NCBI GenBank assembly: GCA_039589315.1
Contig: JBDHHQ010000009.1
Location: 1-64,000, forward strand
DNA: 64,000 nt
Source: Gemmatimonadota bacterium
Lineage (GTDB): Bacteria; Gemmatimonadota; Gemmatimonadetes; Longimicrobiales; Gaopeijiaceae
Direction: 5' to 3'
The notes beneath the pieces were generated by a model, which was not told the origin of the DNA, did no database searches, and saw only the letters and a list, made by a program, of their open reading frames with translations. The translations under genes and the position numbers were made by a program. Position 1 is the stretch's first letter; the number at the start of each line of letters is the position of its first letter. This document shows positions 27,983 through 37,049 of the stretch, piece by piece.

Positions 27983-30280
27983 CTATGGCAGCGGGAGGAT
28001 GTCTTGGCGCCGAACGTCGATTACGACGAGGCTGCCCCGAGTCGTCATGCCGTACAGCTTCGCCACGACGCACGTCGATGCGCTGCAATTCCGGCCGGCG
28101 CCTCCGTTGTCCGTGGTGAGCGGCGGCGCCGCGCGCAGCGGCCCGGCCAGGGCATCACGGATCTCGATCGTGCCCCGCTCAGTGAAGTGAACGGTGTCCA
28201 GGATCTTCACCTTGTTGTCACCGGTGCCCAGGAAGGCGATCGTCCGTTCGGAGGACGACAGGCCCTGCACGTAATTCGGATGGTCTGGGTGCAGCACGGT
28301 GCCGGATCCGCGCTCCGTGACCTCGGAGACCGAGCCCTGCAGTCGCAGGTCCAGGCGGAAGAAGTACGAAGCGACTCTACCCCGGGAGGCTCCGAGGCTG
28401 CCGTCCTCGTTCAAGTCGACACCGCGGACCGCCTCGGATGCGTTGTTCACAAGGTCGGTCACGAGCAGGCGGCTGTGAATCCGAGAGGCGGTAGCGTCCC
28501 ATAGCACGATCCTGGAGGGCCCGGACTTGCCGCCTTCACCGAACGCGACCCACCTCCGATCGCCCGACGCATCGACGTAGGTCGTGTCGGCGAAGCCGAC
28601 GGCGAAGAGGTCCCAGTTGCCGTAGCGCCAGAAGATGTCGGAGCCGGGGTGCCGCGTGAGCGAATCCACCGCCGCTTCGAGCTGGAGCGGACCCGTGCGG
28701 ATCAGCTGATTCGGGAACCCCGCCTGATGGTCGAACAACTCGACCAGGTCGTGGGCCCCAGCCGATTGGATGACGAACAGCGAGTCGATGTTGGCGATGG
28801 CCATCGTCGCCGTATCCTGCGTGATTACGTCTTCAGGGCGGATCAGGATGCGAGCCTCCGGCTCGGACCACCCCGGCTCGTCCACCACCAAGCGGAGCGT
28901 GCCGTTGCGCTGGGCCGCGGTCGGTTTGGTGGAGTAGAGCAGTCGGCCGGTGAAGTCCTGGGCCATGAACTGTGGCCGGTCACTGAAGTCGATGAAGCTG
29001 GCGTCGTAGCGCCTGCGCCCGGCCTCGGTCAGCGCGCTGTCCTTGCGCACCTCGAAGAGCGGCGTGTTCCGCGTCACCAATCGCCTGTCCAGGTCCTCGC
29101 GGGGGGTGCCCCTGACGGACACGAATGAGATGCTGGTTCCACCCGAGTTTCCGACGAAGAGCGTGTCCTCGTCGATGTTCAACGCCAAGCCCCACGGTTC
29201 CGACGCCACGAGGACGTCGGCTCCCCACGTGAAGCTCGTGGGCAGGAACATGTTGACCTTGTTGTTGGACAGGTTCGAGAGATACGCGCGCGCACGAAGG
29301 GTGTCGACGAGGAGGTCCGCGATGGTCCCGGCCTCCTGCAGCTTCTTGCCGCGGCCCGTCACCGCGATCACCGAATGGGGCGTCGGCACCACCGTGCCCA
29401 CCGTCACCGTCTGGCTCCCGTAGGTCGCTTCGTCACAACGGAACGTGTCGTCCCTGACGTCGGCGATTGCGACCGAGCAGGTACCCCCGGCGTCCACCGT
29501 CCACCCGTAGATCTCGATGTCCATGGAGTCGGGCAGGTTCAGGCTGTCCGCGAACGGAGGTGCGATGGTGAACGCCTCCTCCACCGTGTCAGGCTGAGCG
29601 ACCCCGAGATCGCGCGAGAGGGTGAGGGCGAGGGTGTCGGTCCGCGTGGAGCTGGCAACTACGGCGCTGACACCGACGAGGCGGATCCCGCTGCCCCCGG
29701 CGTTGTCCAGGGCCGTGACGTCGACGAGGAGCGAGTCCCGAAGCTCGAGTCTCAGACGATCGGTGGTCGGGACCTGGACGGTGTCCAGACCCTCGTTCAG
29801 GAGCCCCCGCACCCGTATGCGCACGTTCGGCGCGATGGAGTCCACCAGGGCCACGTTGATCTGGATGGGCTCGGCCTCGGCGACGCCGCCTTGCGTGTTG
29901 ATGGCAGTAGCCGAGACAATGGCGGGCCCTTCGGCTTCGGCCGGAACCGTGACCGTCGTGTCCACCTCGACCACGGGAAGGGGTGGGTCGTAGGCGCGAC
30001 TGATCGCTGCCGTGAACGAACCGGAGACACGGATCTCCAGCGACGTGACGCCGTCTTCGTCGCCGGCCACGACCCGAATCGGCACGGCTTGGCCCGCCAG
30101 CACGTCGTCACCGGCCTCGGGAGCCAGGATCGCCACGGAGGGCGGAACCAGGTCCGGGGACGCGCGATCGTAGAGGGTGTCGCCATCGCATCCGGCGAGC
30201 AGAGCCAAAGCGACGACGATGAACGCGGGGACTAGCCGCGTGTCTGGGCGCTCGCGGTCAAACCCGAGGCCTTCGGCCAT
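27983..30280 (-). CDS. Large lipoprotein with Ig-like (Big) domains and C-terminal beta-propeller
   Basis: Lipobox LAGC; PPSVAILAP...AGDEDGV Ig motif; YLSN, EPWGLAL, LFVGNSGG propeller blades; GGGAGG RBS. Confidence 0.75.
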   Translation of the reverse strand: MAEGLGFDRERPDTRLVPAFIVVALALLAGCDGDTLYDRASPDLVPPSVAILAPEAGDDVLAGQAVPIRVVAGDEDGVTSLEIRVSGSFTAAISRAYDPPLPVVEVDTTVTVPAEAEGPAIVSATAINTQGGVAEAEPIQINVALVDSIAPNVRIRVRGLLNEGLDTVQVPTTDRLRLELRDSLLVDVTALDNAGGSGIRLVGVSAVVASSTRTDTLALTLSRDLGVAQPDTVEEAFTIAPPFADSLNLPDSMDIEIYGWTVDAGGTCSVAIADVRDDTFRCDEATYGSQTVTVGTVVPTPHSVIAVTGRGKKLQEAGTIADLLVDTLRARAYLSNLSNNKVNMFLPTSFTWGADVLVASEPWGLALNIDEDTLFVGNSGGTSISFVSVRGTPREDLDRRLVTRNTPLFEVRKDSALTEAGRRRYDASFIDFSDRPQFMAQDFTGRLLYSTKPTAAQRNGTLRLVVDEPGWSEPEARILIRPEDVITQDTATMAIANIDSLFVIQSAGAHDLVELFDHQAGFPNQLIRTGPLQLEAAVDSLTRHPGSDIFWRYGNWDLFAVGFADTTYVDASGDRRWVAFGEGGKSGPSRIVLWDATASRIHSRLLVTDLVNNASEAVRGVDLNEDGSLGASRGRVASYFFRLDLRLQGSVSEVTERGSGTVLHPDHPNYVQGLSSSERTIAFLGTGDNKVKILDTVHFTERGTIEIRDALAGPLRAAPPLTTDNGGAGRNCSASTCVVAKLYGMTTRGSLVVIDVRRQDILPLP

Positions 30281-30497
30281 CCGATCCTCCCTTGATCATG
30301 ACTGCTTTCTCTTTTGGTCACCGCCGCAGATCACCCGCCTGGCGATCTGCTCAGAGGCTGACGCGATGCCCTCGACCGGTCGGATCGGCGCCACCCCGCG
30401 GGATGAGCCGGATCGGGCTTCCGTCGGGACCTCTGACCGGAAAGCTGGGTTGCAGCGCTGCGGTCTCATCCGTGCGGAACGACTCCACGCGTTGCGG

Positions 30498-30512
30498 TCA
30501 AGGAACATGCCA
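30498..30512 (-). promoter_or_regulatory. Putative sigma-54-like promoter of the lipoprotein-OMP operon
   Basis: Minus strand TGGCATG-TTCC-TTGA (-12 GC replaced by GA); AT-rich tract immediately upstream. Confidence 0.4.
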
Positions 30513-31024
30513 CGTCACGTGATCCACACGTAAAGTTTTATCGTCACTTACGTTGTCAGGTGTGAGCCGGCGGCATGGTGTGCAGGGTCGTAACGTCTCA
30601 TTACGGTCCCGCCGCCCTAGGCCGTTACACCCCCTGTCGAGGCGCCGATGTTCTGCGACACTGCAAGTTTGTCGACTGCCGTCTTCATAAACAAGTGTTT
30701 CTTTCAATTCGGGCGAGGCCCACCGCACGGCTATGGTGACAGGAACCCCGGACTTCCGTGACGATCCGTGGCGGGCGTCACAGTCTGCACTGAAACGGTT
30801 TTGGCTCTTCCCAACTCGAAACACTTGCGCTATAAGTCTCGCCGGCAGGCCGGCCCCAGGCCCCGGGCGGGCCGTCCTGGGGGCTCCGTGAGAGCGGCTC
30901 GCCGCTCTCGGACAGGCACCGCCACGAGGTTGACGGCGGACCAGCCCAACCACCGGCGCTGCACCGAGCGGGCGCGCGCTTCGAGGCTTGCCGAGGTGGG
31001 CGTTTCAAGGGAGGGGAGCAGCCG

Positions 31025-31633
31025 ATGTCGAGGGAACGGGAGATCGATGAGGTTCGCCGGCGCGACAGGAGCAAGGACGAGGCGTGGATTCGAGCGTATC
31101 TTCAGGAAGCCCCTTTCGGCTTCTTGGCGACCGTGGACCAGGGCCAACCGTTCCTGAACTCGAATCTCTTCGTTTACGTGGAGGAGGACCACGCGATCTA
31201 CCTGCACACCCACCGCACCGGCAGGACCCGGGACAACCTCGCGGAGCCCCGGCCCGTGGCGTTTTCCGCGGCCGAGATGGGCAGGCTGCTCCCTGCATCG
31301 GAAGCGTTGGAGTTCAGCGTCGAATACTCCGGCGTGGTGGCGTTCGGCACGGGCCGCGTCATCGAGGATCCGGAGGAGGCCGAGCGAGCACTCCAACTGC
31401 TGCTCGACAAGTACGCTCCCCATCTGCGTCCCGGTCGGGACTATCGCCCCATCGTTCCCGAGGAGCTCGAGCGGACCGCGGTCTACCGAGTGGACGTGGA
31501 GGCGTGGAGTGGGAAGAAGAAGGAGGCCGACGAGGCGTTCGTGGGTGCGTACCCGTATGGGGACCGCCAACGTCTGCGGGAGGAGCGTGAGGGGAAGCCC
31601 GAACGCGGAGACACCCCCGAAGGCGGGCGGTGA
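31025..31633 (+). CDS. Pyridoxamine 5'-phosphate oxidase-like flavin-binding protein (NimA-like)
   Basis: RRRDR, IYLHT..TGR, FSVEYSGVVAFG, WSGKK motifs; strong RBS. Confidence 0.85.
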   Translation: MSREREIDEVRRRDRSKDEAWIRAYLQEAPFGFLATVDQGQPFLNSNLFVYVEEDHAIYLHTHRTGRTRDNLAEPRPVAFSAAEMGRLLPASEALEFSVEYSGVVAFGTGRVIEDPEEAERALQLLLDKYAPHLRPGRDYRPIVPEELERTAVYRVDVEAWSGKKKEADEAFVGAYPYGDRQRLREEREGKPERGDTPEGGR

Positions 31634-31684
31634 GGCCTCCATGAGCGGGGCTCTCCGACTTCGGCTTTGCCCTCGGCGTCGGCC

Positions 31685-32665
31685 GTGAGTCGATCCCCGA
31701 GAGTCCTTGTGCTCTCCGCCGCCGACGCGGCGGCGGCCTTGAGCATGGAGGGAGCGATAGCCGCTCAACGGGAGGCCTTCGGCCAGTTGGCGGCCGGCCA
31801 AGCCGTCATCCCGCTCCGGGCCGTGTTACCGGTCGCCGGAGGCACCACCCTGTTCATGCCCGGGTACCTCCGGGCGTCGGGGGTGCTGGGCCTCAAGGTC
31901 GTATCGGTGATGCCCGGCAACCCCGCCCGGGACCTCCCGGCCGTGCCCGGTGCCACGCTGCTGCTCGACGACGAGACGGGACTGCCCGTGGCTTTGCTCG
32001 ACGCCGCCTACCTGACCGCTCTCCGAACAGCTGCGGGCTCGGGCCTCGCCACCGACCTGCTGGCTCCACCCGACGCGCATGTCCTCGCCGTCTTCGGGGC
32101 CGGGGCCCAGGCTCGGCAGCACATCCGAGCGATTCGCGCGGTTCGCCCCATTCGGGAGGTCCGCATCGTGTCCAGGCGGGAGGAGCGCTCTCGGGCGCTG
32201 GCCTCCGAGCTGACCGGTGTGGACGTGCGGACTGGAGACGACCCGGGCGCGGCAGTGGCCGGCGCGCAGGTGGTGGTGACGGCCACCAACAGCGCCAGCC
32301 CGGTCTTTCCGGGAGCGGCTCTGGACGTGGGGGCGCACGTGTGCGCCATCGGGGCTTACACCCCTCAGACCCGTGAGGTCGACGAGGAGGTGGTCTGCCG
32401 TGCACGCATCGTGGTGGACACGCGAGAGGGTGCTCTGAGCGAGGCGGGCGATCTCCTGATCCCGATGGAGCGGGGATTGTTGCGTGAAGGAGACATCGAC
32501 GCGGAGCTCGGCGAGCTCGTGAACGGGGAACGACCGCCCGGCAACCTCGGACGCCCCGTCACCTTCTACAAGTCGGTGGGCAACGCGGCGCAGGACCTGG
32601 CCACCGCCCACAGGGTCGTCGAAGCCGCACGCTCGCGCGGACTGGGCACCCTGGCTCCACTGTAG
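31685..32665 (+). CDS. Ornithine cyclodeaminase / mu-crystallin family
   Basis: LKVVSV..GN, LTALRTAAGS, GAGAQA, YKSVGNAAQD. Confidence 0.92.
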   Translation: MSRSPRVLVLSAADAAAALSMEGAIAAQREAFGQLAAGQAVIPLRAVLPVAGGTTLFMPGYLRASGVLGLKVVSVMPGNPARDLPAVPGATLLLDDETGLPVALLDAAYLTALRTAAGSGLATDLLAPPDAHVLAVFGAGAQARQHIRAIRAVRPIREVRIVSRREERSRALASELTGVDVRTGDDPGAAVAGAQVVVTATNSASPVFPGAALDVGAHVCAIGAYTPQTREVDEEVVCRARIVVDTREGALSEAGDLLIPMERGLLREGDIDAELGELVNGERPPGNLGRPVTFYKSVGNAAQDLATAHRVVEAARSRGLGTLAPL

Positions 32666-32826
32666 ACGCCGACGGACCTGGCGAGCGGCGGTTTCGGCCG
32701 CACGACCCTGGCTGGCCTGAGCCCCTTGACTCCCACGTGCGGGCGCGCGGGCTGCTCACCGCGTAACTTACCGTGCACAGGAATGGCAGCGTAGCCCACC
32801 CCCCCTGCAGCCGACCACCGTTGGAG

Positions 32827-34425
32827 ATGACCGCTTCGGGTGAATTCTTCTCGGCGCTGATCCGAGCCTACGATCTGGTAGGATCGAATCCGCCTCACCA
32901 CCCGGCCGTGCGCGTGGCGCTCGCCGAGGCCGCGACGAAGTTGGAGGCGTGTCGTGATGCGGTTGCCGACGTCGGCCCGGAGGGGCTTTCAGTCGACGGA
33001 AGCTCAGTGTCGGAGGGCTCGGGCCCTTCAGCGTTGGCGAGGACGCTTCACCGGGCTGGCGTGATACGTGTTCACCTGCCCGGCGACGGGGGGGTGGAGG
33101 CGGTGGAGGAGCTCGTCCGGGCGGCGCGAGTCGCCGAGGGCCAGCGGGACGCCGGGGCTGCGGCGCTGCGGAGGCTCGCGGCGGCGGGCCTCGAGCTCGT
33201 GTTCGACGCGACGACAGGCATCTTAGGCCCGGAACCCGCCCTTCCGATCGGCCCGCACCTCTCGACGCGCCACTTCGAGGGGCCTCGGCCCGCGAACGAT
33301 CCGTCGGACCGGCCACGCCCGCCGACGGACGACGGGCACGCGTCCGAGCGAGGCGACCCGCGGCTCGCCCGGGCCGCGGCCGCCCTCTTCGGCGGCGCGG
33401 CGCGAACGGACCAGCGTGGCGTGGACGCGGGGCCCTCCGAACCCGGCTCCCGGATGGGGCCCGGGCTCGACGGGGGATTGGAGGAGGCCGTGGAAGCCTA
33501 CGCCACCCACCTGGATGAAGGCCTGATGGACATCATCGTCGAAACGGTGGCCGGGCTGGGGTCGGGCGAAGAGCTCGACCGGGCGCTGGCCGCCATGTCG
33601 ACGTTGGTTCGCGCGGCGGACCAGGGCGCCGAGGATCCACGACTCGTGTTGGCGCGCCGCCTGGGGCGGTCCGAGGTGCTCGCTCATCTGGCTCGGGCGC
33701 TGGTGGCCCGCGAGCTGGACCGTTTCGACCAGCTCATGGACCTGGCCGCCGCGCTGGGTCCGGACATGGGAGAGGTGCTGGCGCAAGCGCTGGTGGACGA
33801 GAGCGACCGGTCCCACAGAGAGAGCTACCTCGAGGCGTTGCGCAGCCTGGGTGGGGACGCGTCAGGTGCCGTCGAGGACCTGATCGGCGACGCTCGGTGG
33901 TTCGTCGTCCGCAATGGCGTGCAGCTCCTTCCGGACGTGGCCGGAGGCCGGGCCGTGGAGCACCTGGCGGGAGCGCTGGGGCACCATGACCCCAGGGTGC
34001 GGAGCGAGGCCGCCCGGTCACTCGCGCGCGTGTCAGGCGACCGTGCCGTTCGCCTGCTGCTGACGGTGCTCGACGACCCCGACGAGCCGGTCCGATCGGC
34101 CGCCGCCGAGGCGCTGGGGACAGCGGGGGGGCGGGAGGTCGTGCCGGCCCTGCTCGACCGACTCGGGGTCGAGACCGAGGCCCCCGTGCAAATCGACATC
34201 CTCCGGTCGCTCGGTCGAATCGGAGACCCCCGCGCGGTGCATTCGGTGAGCCGGAGGGCGACCGCGGGCTCGTTCTCGGTCGGCCACACCGACGTCCGCC
34301 TGGCCGCTCTGCGCGCGCTGTGGGCGCTGGGGACCCCCGAGGCCCGGACGGTCGTGATGCAAGCGCTGGAAGACCCCGATCCCGACGTGCGGGGCGCCGC
34401 TCGCACCTTGCTCGGCGGCCACTGA
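32827..34425 (+). CDS. HEAT-repeat protein
   Basis: DARWFVVRN, HHDPRVRSEAARSL, DDPDEPVRSAAAEALG, EDPDPDVRGAA repeats; start uncertain. Confidence 0.8.
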   Translation: MTASGEFFSALIRAYDLVGSNPPHHPAVRVALAEAATKLEACRDAVADVGPEGLSVDGSSVSEGSGPSALARTLHRAGVIRVHLPGDGGVEAVEELVRAARVAEGQRDAGAAALRRLAAAGLELVFDATTGILGPEPALPIGPHLSTRHFEGPRPANDPSDRPRPPTDDGHASERGDPRLARAAAALFGGAARTDQRGVDAGPSEPGSRMGPGLDGGLEEAVEAYATHLDEGLMDIIVETVAGLGSGEELDRALAAMSTLVRAADQGAEDPRLVLARRLGRSEVLAHLARALVARELDRFDQLMDLAAALGPDMGEVLAQALVDESDRSHRESYLEALRSLGGDASGAVEDLIGDARWFVVRNGVQLLPDVAGGRAVEHLAGALGHHDPRVRSEAARSLARVSGDRAVRLLLTVLDDPDEPVRSAAAEALGTAGGREVVPALLDRLGVETEAPVQIDILRSLGRIGDPRAVHSVSRRATAGSFSVGHTDVRLAALRALWALGTPEARTVVMQALEDPDPDVRGAARTLLGGH

Positions 34426-34468
34426 CGTCTTGGTTGCCGTGACGCTTGTCGCCGCGGGGCAGCCCCCC

Positions 34469-35578
34469 TCAGGCGACCCCTAGCGCTCGTCGTAGGCCGT
34501 CCAGGAAGCGGACGCCCTCCCAGGCGAAACGGAGCCGGGCCCCCGCGGAGTGAGGCTGTGAGTGGGCGAACAGTCCGGTGACGAAGGCCGAGACGTCAGC
34601 GTCCTTCGGGAAGCGGCGAGCGAGGCGCAGGGTCTCCGTGTACGGAATCAGACGGTCCTCACGGCCATGGACGAGACGGACCGGCACCGGCACGCGGTCG
34701 AGAACGGGCCCGGGATCGAGGGCCGGAGCCGCTCGGCGGGCGGCTCGTGCCAGCTCGACGGCCAGCCGCTCGGCGTGGCGCTCCTCCGGCTTGTCTCCCG
34801 GAGGGGGCGCGAACAGGTCGAAGAGCGGTCGCCGCGTGGGAGCGATGTCCTGGCGGAGCGAAACTTTGACCGGGTCGTAGACGGGGCTGCTGGCCTCGAC
34901 CCGGCGATCGCCCGCTTCTGCCGCCAAGCGCCGCAGGGCCTCCGCCACGTCCTCGGCGCCCTCGTGGCCTGGGATCCCGGTGAGGTAGTTGGCGCCGACC
35001 ACCCATCGCCCATAGGGGTCGGGCTCGAGCCGCTCCTCGCGGCCGGCCCACTCGTGCCGTCCGGTGAACTGGAACCGCATGGTGCGCTCCAGGTCGCAGT
35101 AGCCGCCGAAGCCCACCACACCCGCGAGGTGACCGGCCATGCTGGGGTCCGCGGCAGCGGCGATGCCCGTTGGGGCGCCGAAGGAGAACCCCACCAACCC
35201 CGTCCGGCCCGGCACCGTCTCGGGGCGTGCGTCCAGGGCCAGGATCGAGGCCCGGATCGTGGGCACCACGGTGGCCGGCGAGAGGCGGAGCGCCCGCCAC
35301 TCGGGGACGTCCGGCACGAGGACGGCTGCGCCCGTGGTAGCCACCGAGCGGGCGAAGCGGAGGAGAGACGGGTGAAGGCGACCGGGCCGCGTGATCCCAT
35401 GGAGCACGACCCAACCCGGCAAGCCGGCCCGGCGGCCGGCGGGGAGGAAGAACGTGCCCGGGACGATCGTCCCGTCGCGATCGATCTCGACCTCCGACTC
35501 GTCCACGTCCCAGCGGCTGCTGACCCACCCTCGGGCGAAGCGCACGGAGCGCACCCATTCGGAGCAGAGCTTGAGCAT
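34469..35578 (-). CDS. Alpha/beta hydrolase fold protein
   Basis: VVLHG, GFSFG nucleophile elbow, LVHGREDRLIP, FAH. Confidence 0.78.
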   Translation of the reverse strand: MLKLCSEWVRSVRFARGWVSSRWDVDESEVEIDRDGTIVPGTFFLPAGRRAGLPGWVVLHGITRPGRLHPSLLRFARSVATTGAAVLVPDVPEWRALRLSPATVVPTIRASILALDARPETVPGRTGLVGFSFGAPTGIAAAADPSMAGHLAGVVGFGGYCDLERTMRFQFTGRHEWAGREERLEPDPYGRWVVGANYLTGIPGHEGAEDVAEALRRLAAEAGDRRVEASSPVYDPVKVSLRQDIAPTRRPLFDLFAPPPGDKPEERHAERLAVELARAARRAAPALDPGPVLDRVPVPVRLVHGREDRLIPYTETLRLARRFPKDADVSAFVTGLFAHSQPHSAGARLRFAWEGVRFLDGLRRALGVA

Positions 35579-35713
35579 GGCGCCGGAAGGTAGAGTCGTG
35601 CCTTGCGCGGTGGCCAGCTACGGGGCCAATTCCGGCATCGGCCCGAGCGGTGGATGGGGAGGCCCAGGGGTGCCGGCGCCTCGAGACCGATTCCGGGCCG
35701 TGGAAGGGTCTCG

Positions 35714-37000
35714 ATGCGTAGAAGAGAGTTCGTCGGTCTGCTCGGCGGCGGGGTCGTGGCGTGGCCCCGTGCCCTGGAAGGGTTCGCACGCCGGCTCGAA
35801 GGCGGCGGTGCACCCGACGACGAGCCGTTCTGGGAGTTCGTGCGGGGCCAGTTCTCGATCCCGCCCGATCGGATCTACCTGAACAACGGCACGCTGGGGC
35901 CGGCCCCTCGTCTGGTTCTGGACGCCACCTTCGAGCACGAGCGAGGCGTCGCCGCCACGCTTCCGCCCGGCGTGGACTGGGACGCCCTCAAATCCGCAAT
36001 GTCCGAGCTCCTGGGCGGGGACCCTGCGGGTTGGGTCTTCCCCCGGAACACCACGGAGGCCATGAGCTTCGTCGCACACGGGCTCGATGTCGGGCCGGGT
36101 GACGAGATCGTGACCACCGACCACGAGCACATCGGTGGCGATTCGGCCTGGGAGCTCCTGGCTGCTCGCAGGCGGGCCGTGTTGAAGCGGGCGTCTCTGC
36201 CGGCACCGGCAAGGGAGCCCGAGGACCTGCTCGGGCCGGTGCTTGCCGAAGTGGGTCCCCGCACGAAGGTGGTCAGCGTCTCCCACGTGACGTTCACGAC
36301 CGGCACCGTTCTACCCGTGGCCTCTTTGGCGGAGCGGCTCCGGGACACGGGTGCCGTGCTCGTCGTCGACGGAGCGCACCCGCCGGGCATGCTGGACGTG
36401 GACCTGGGCACCCTCGGCACGGACTTCTACGCGTCCTCGCCCCACAAATGGCTTCTGGCTCCCCAGGGTACGGGCCTCCTCCACATCGCTTCTGATTGGC
36501 AGGAACGGCTCTGGCCCACGTTGGCCTCCGGCGGTTGGGACGATGCGACCCTTGGCGCGCACCGTCTGAACCACCTCGGCACCATCGACGAATCGCGGCT
36601 GGCGGGTCTGGCCGCGGCGGTGGGGTTCCACCTCGCGCTGGGCCCGCAACGGGTGGAGGGGCGGATTCGCCATCTGCGGGGGCTCCTGCAGGAGGGGCTC
36701 GCCGCCGTCGCCGATCTCGACATTGTCTCACCCCTGGTGCCGGAGCTCCAATCCGGCATGATCTCCTTCGACATCGCCGGTGTGGACTCGCTGGCGCTCC
36801 AGCGGTATCTGGCTCGAGCCGCCAACGTGCGAACGCGGGTCATCGGCGAATACGACTACGGCTGGATGAGGCTGTCGACCCACGTCTACAACTCCCCGGC
36901 CGAGCTCGAGCGCGTGGTGGCGCTGATCGCGAGGGCAGCTCGTGAGGGCGTCGGAGCGGAACACCCCGAGGACACAACCGTACGAACCGGTCGTATATGA
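35714..37000 (+). CDS. Class V PLP aminotransferase (isopenicillin N epimerase / cysteine desulfhydrase-like) with Tat signal
   Basis: MRRREFVG; YLNNGTLG, RNTTEAM, VDGAH, SSPHKW (PLP Lys), RLSTHVYN. Confidence 0.88.
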   Translation: MRRREFVGLLGGGVVAWPRALEGFARRLEGGGAPDDEPFWEFVRGQFSIPPDRIYLNNGTLGPAPRLVLDATFEHERGVAATLPPGVDWDALKSAMSELLGGDPAGWVFPRNTTEAMSFVAHGLDVGPGDEIVTTDHEHIGGDSAWELLAARRRAVLKRASLPAPAREPEDLLGPVLAEVGPRTKVVSVSHVTFTTGTVLPVASLAERLRDTGAVLVVDGAHPPGMLDVDLGTLGTDFYASSPHKWLLAPQGTGLLHIASDWQERLWPTLASGGWDDATLGAHRLNHLGTIDESRLAGLAAAVGFHLALGPQRVEGRIRHLRGLLQEGLAAVADLDIVSPLVPELQSGMISFDIAGVDSLALQRYLARAANVRTRVIGEYDYGWMRLSTHVYNSPAELERVVALIARAAREGVGAEHPEDTTVRTGRI

Positions 37001-37049
37001 CTACGCGACCCCTCCGCCTCCGGGCTTCCTTCCACCCCCCACGCGCTTG

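Noticed and set aside
30281..30490. Possible c-di-GMP-I riboswitch in the lipoprotein leader
   Set aside because: Lacks the GCAAA(C)...GAAA...GACGCAAAG core; only generic stems are present
30498..30953. 151-aa minus ORF and other short ORFs in the long intergenic region
   Set aside because: No motifs or RBS and atypical codon use; better explained as regulatory DNA
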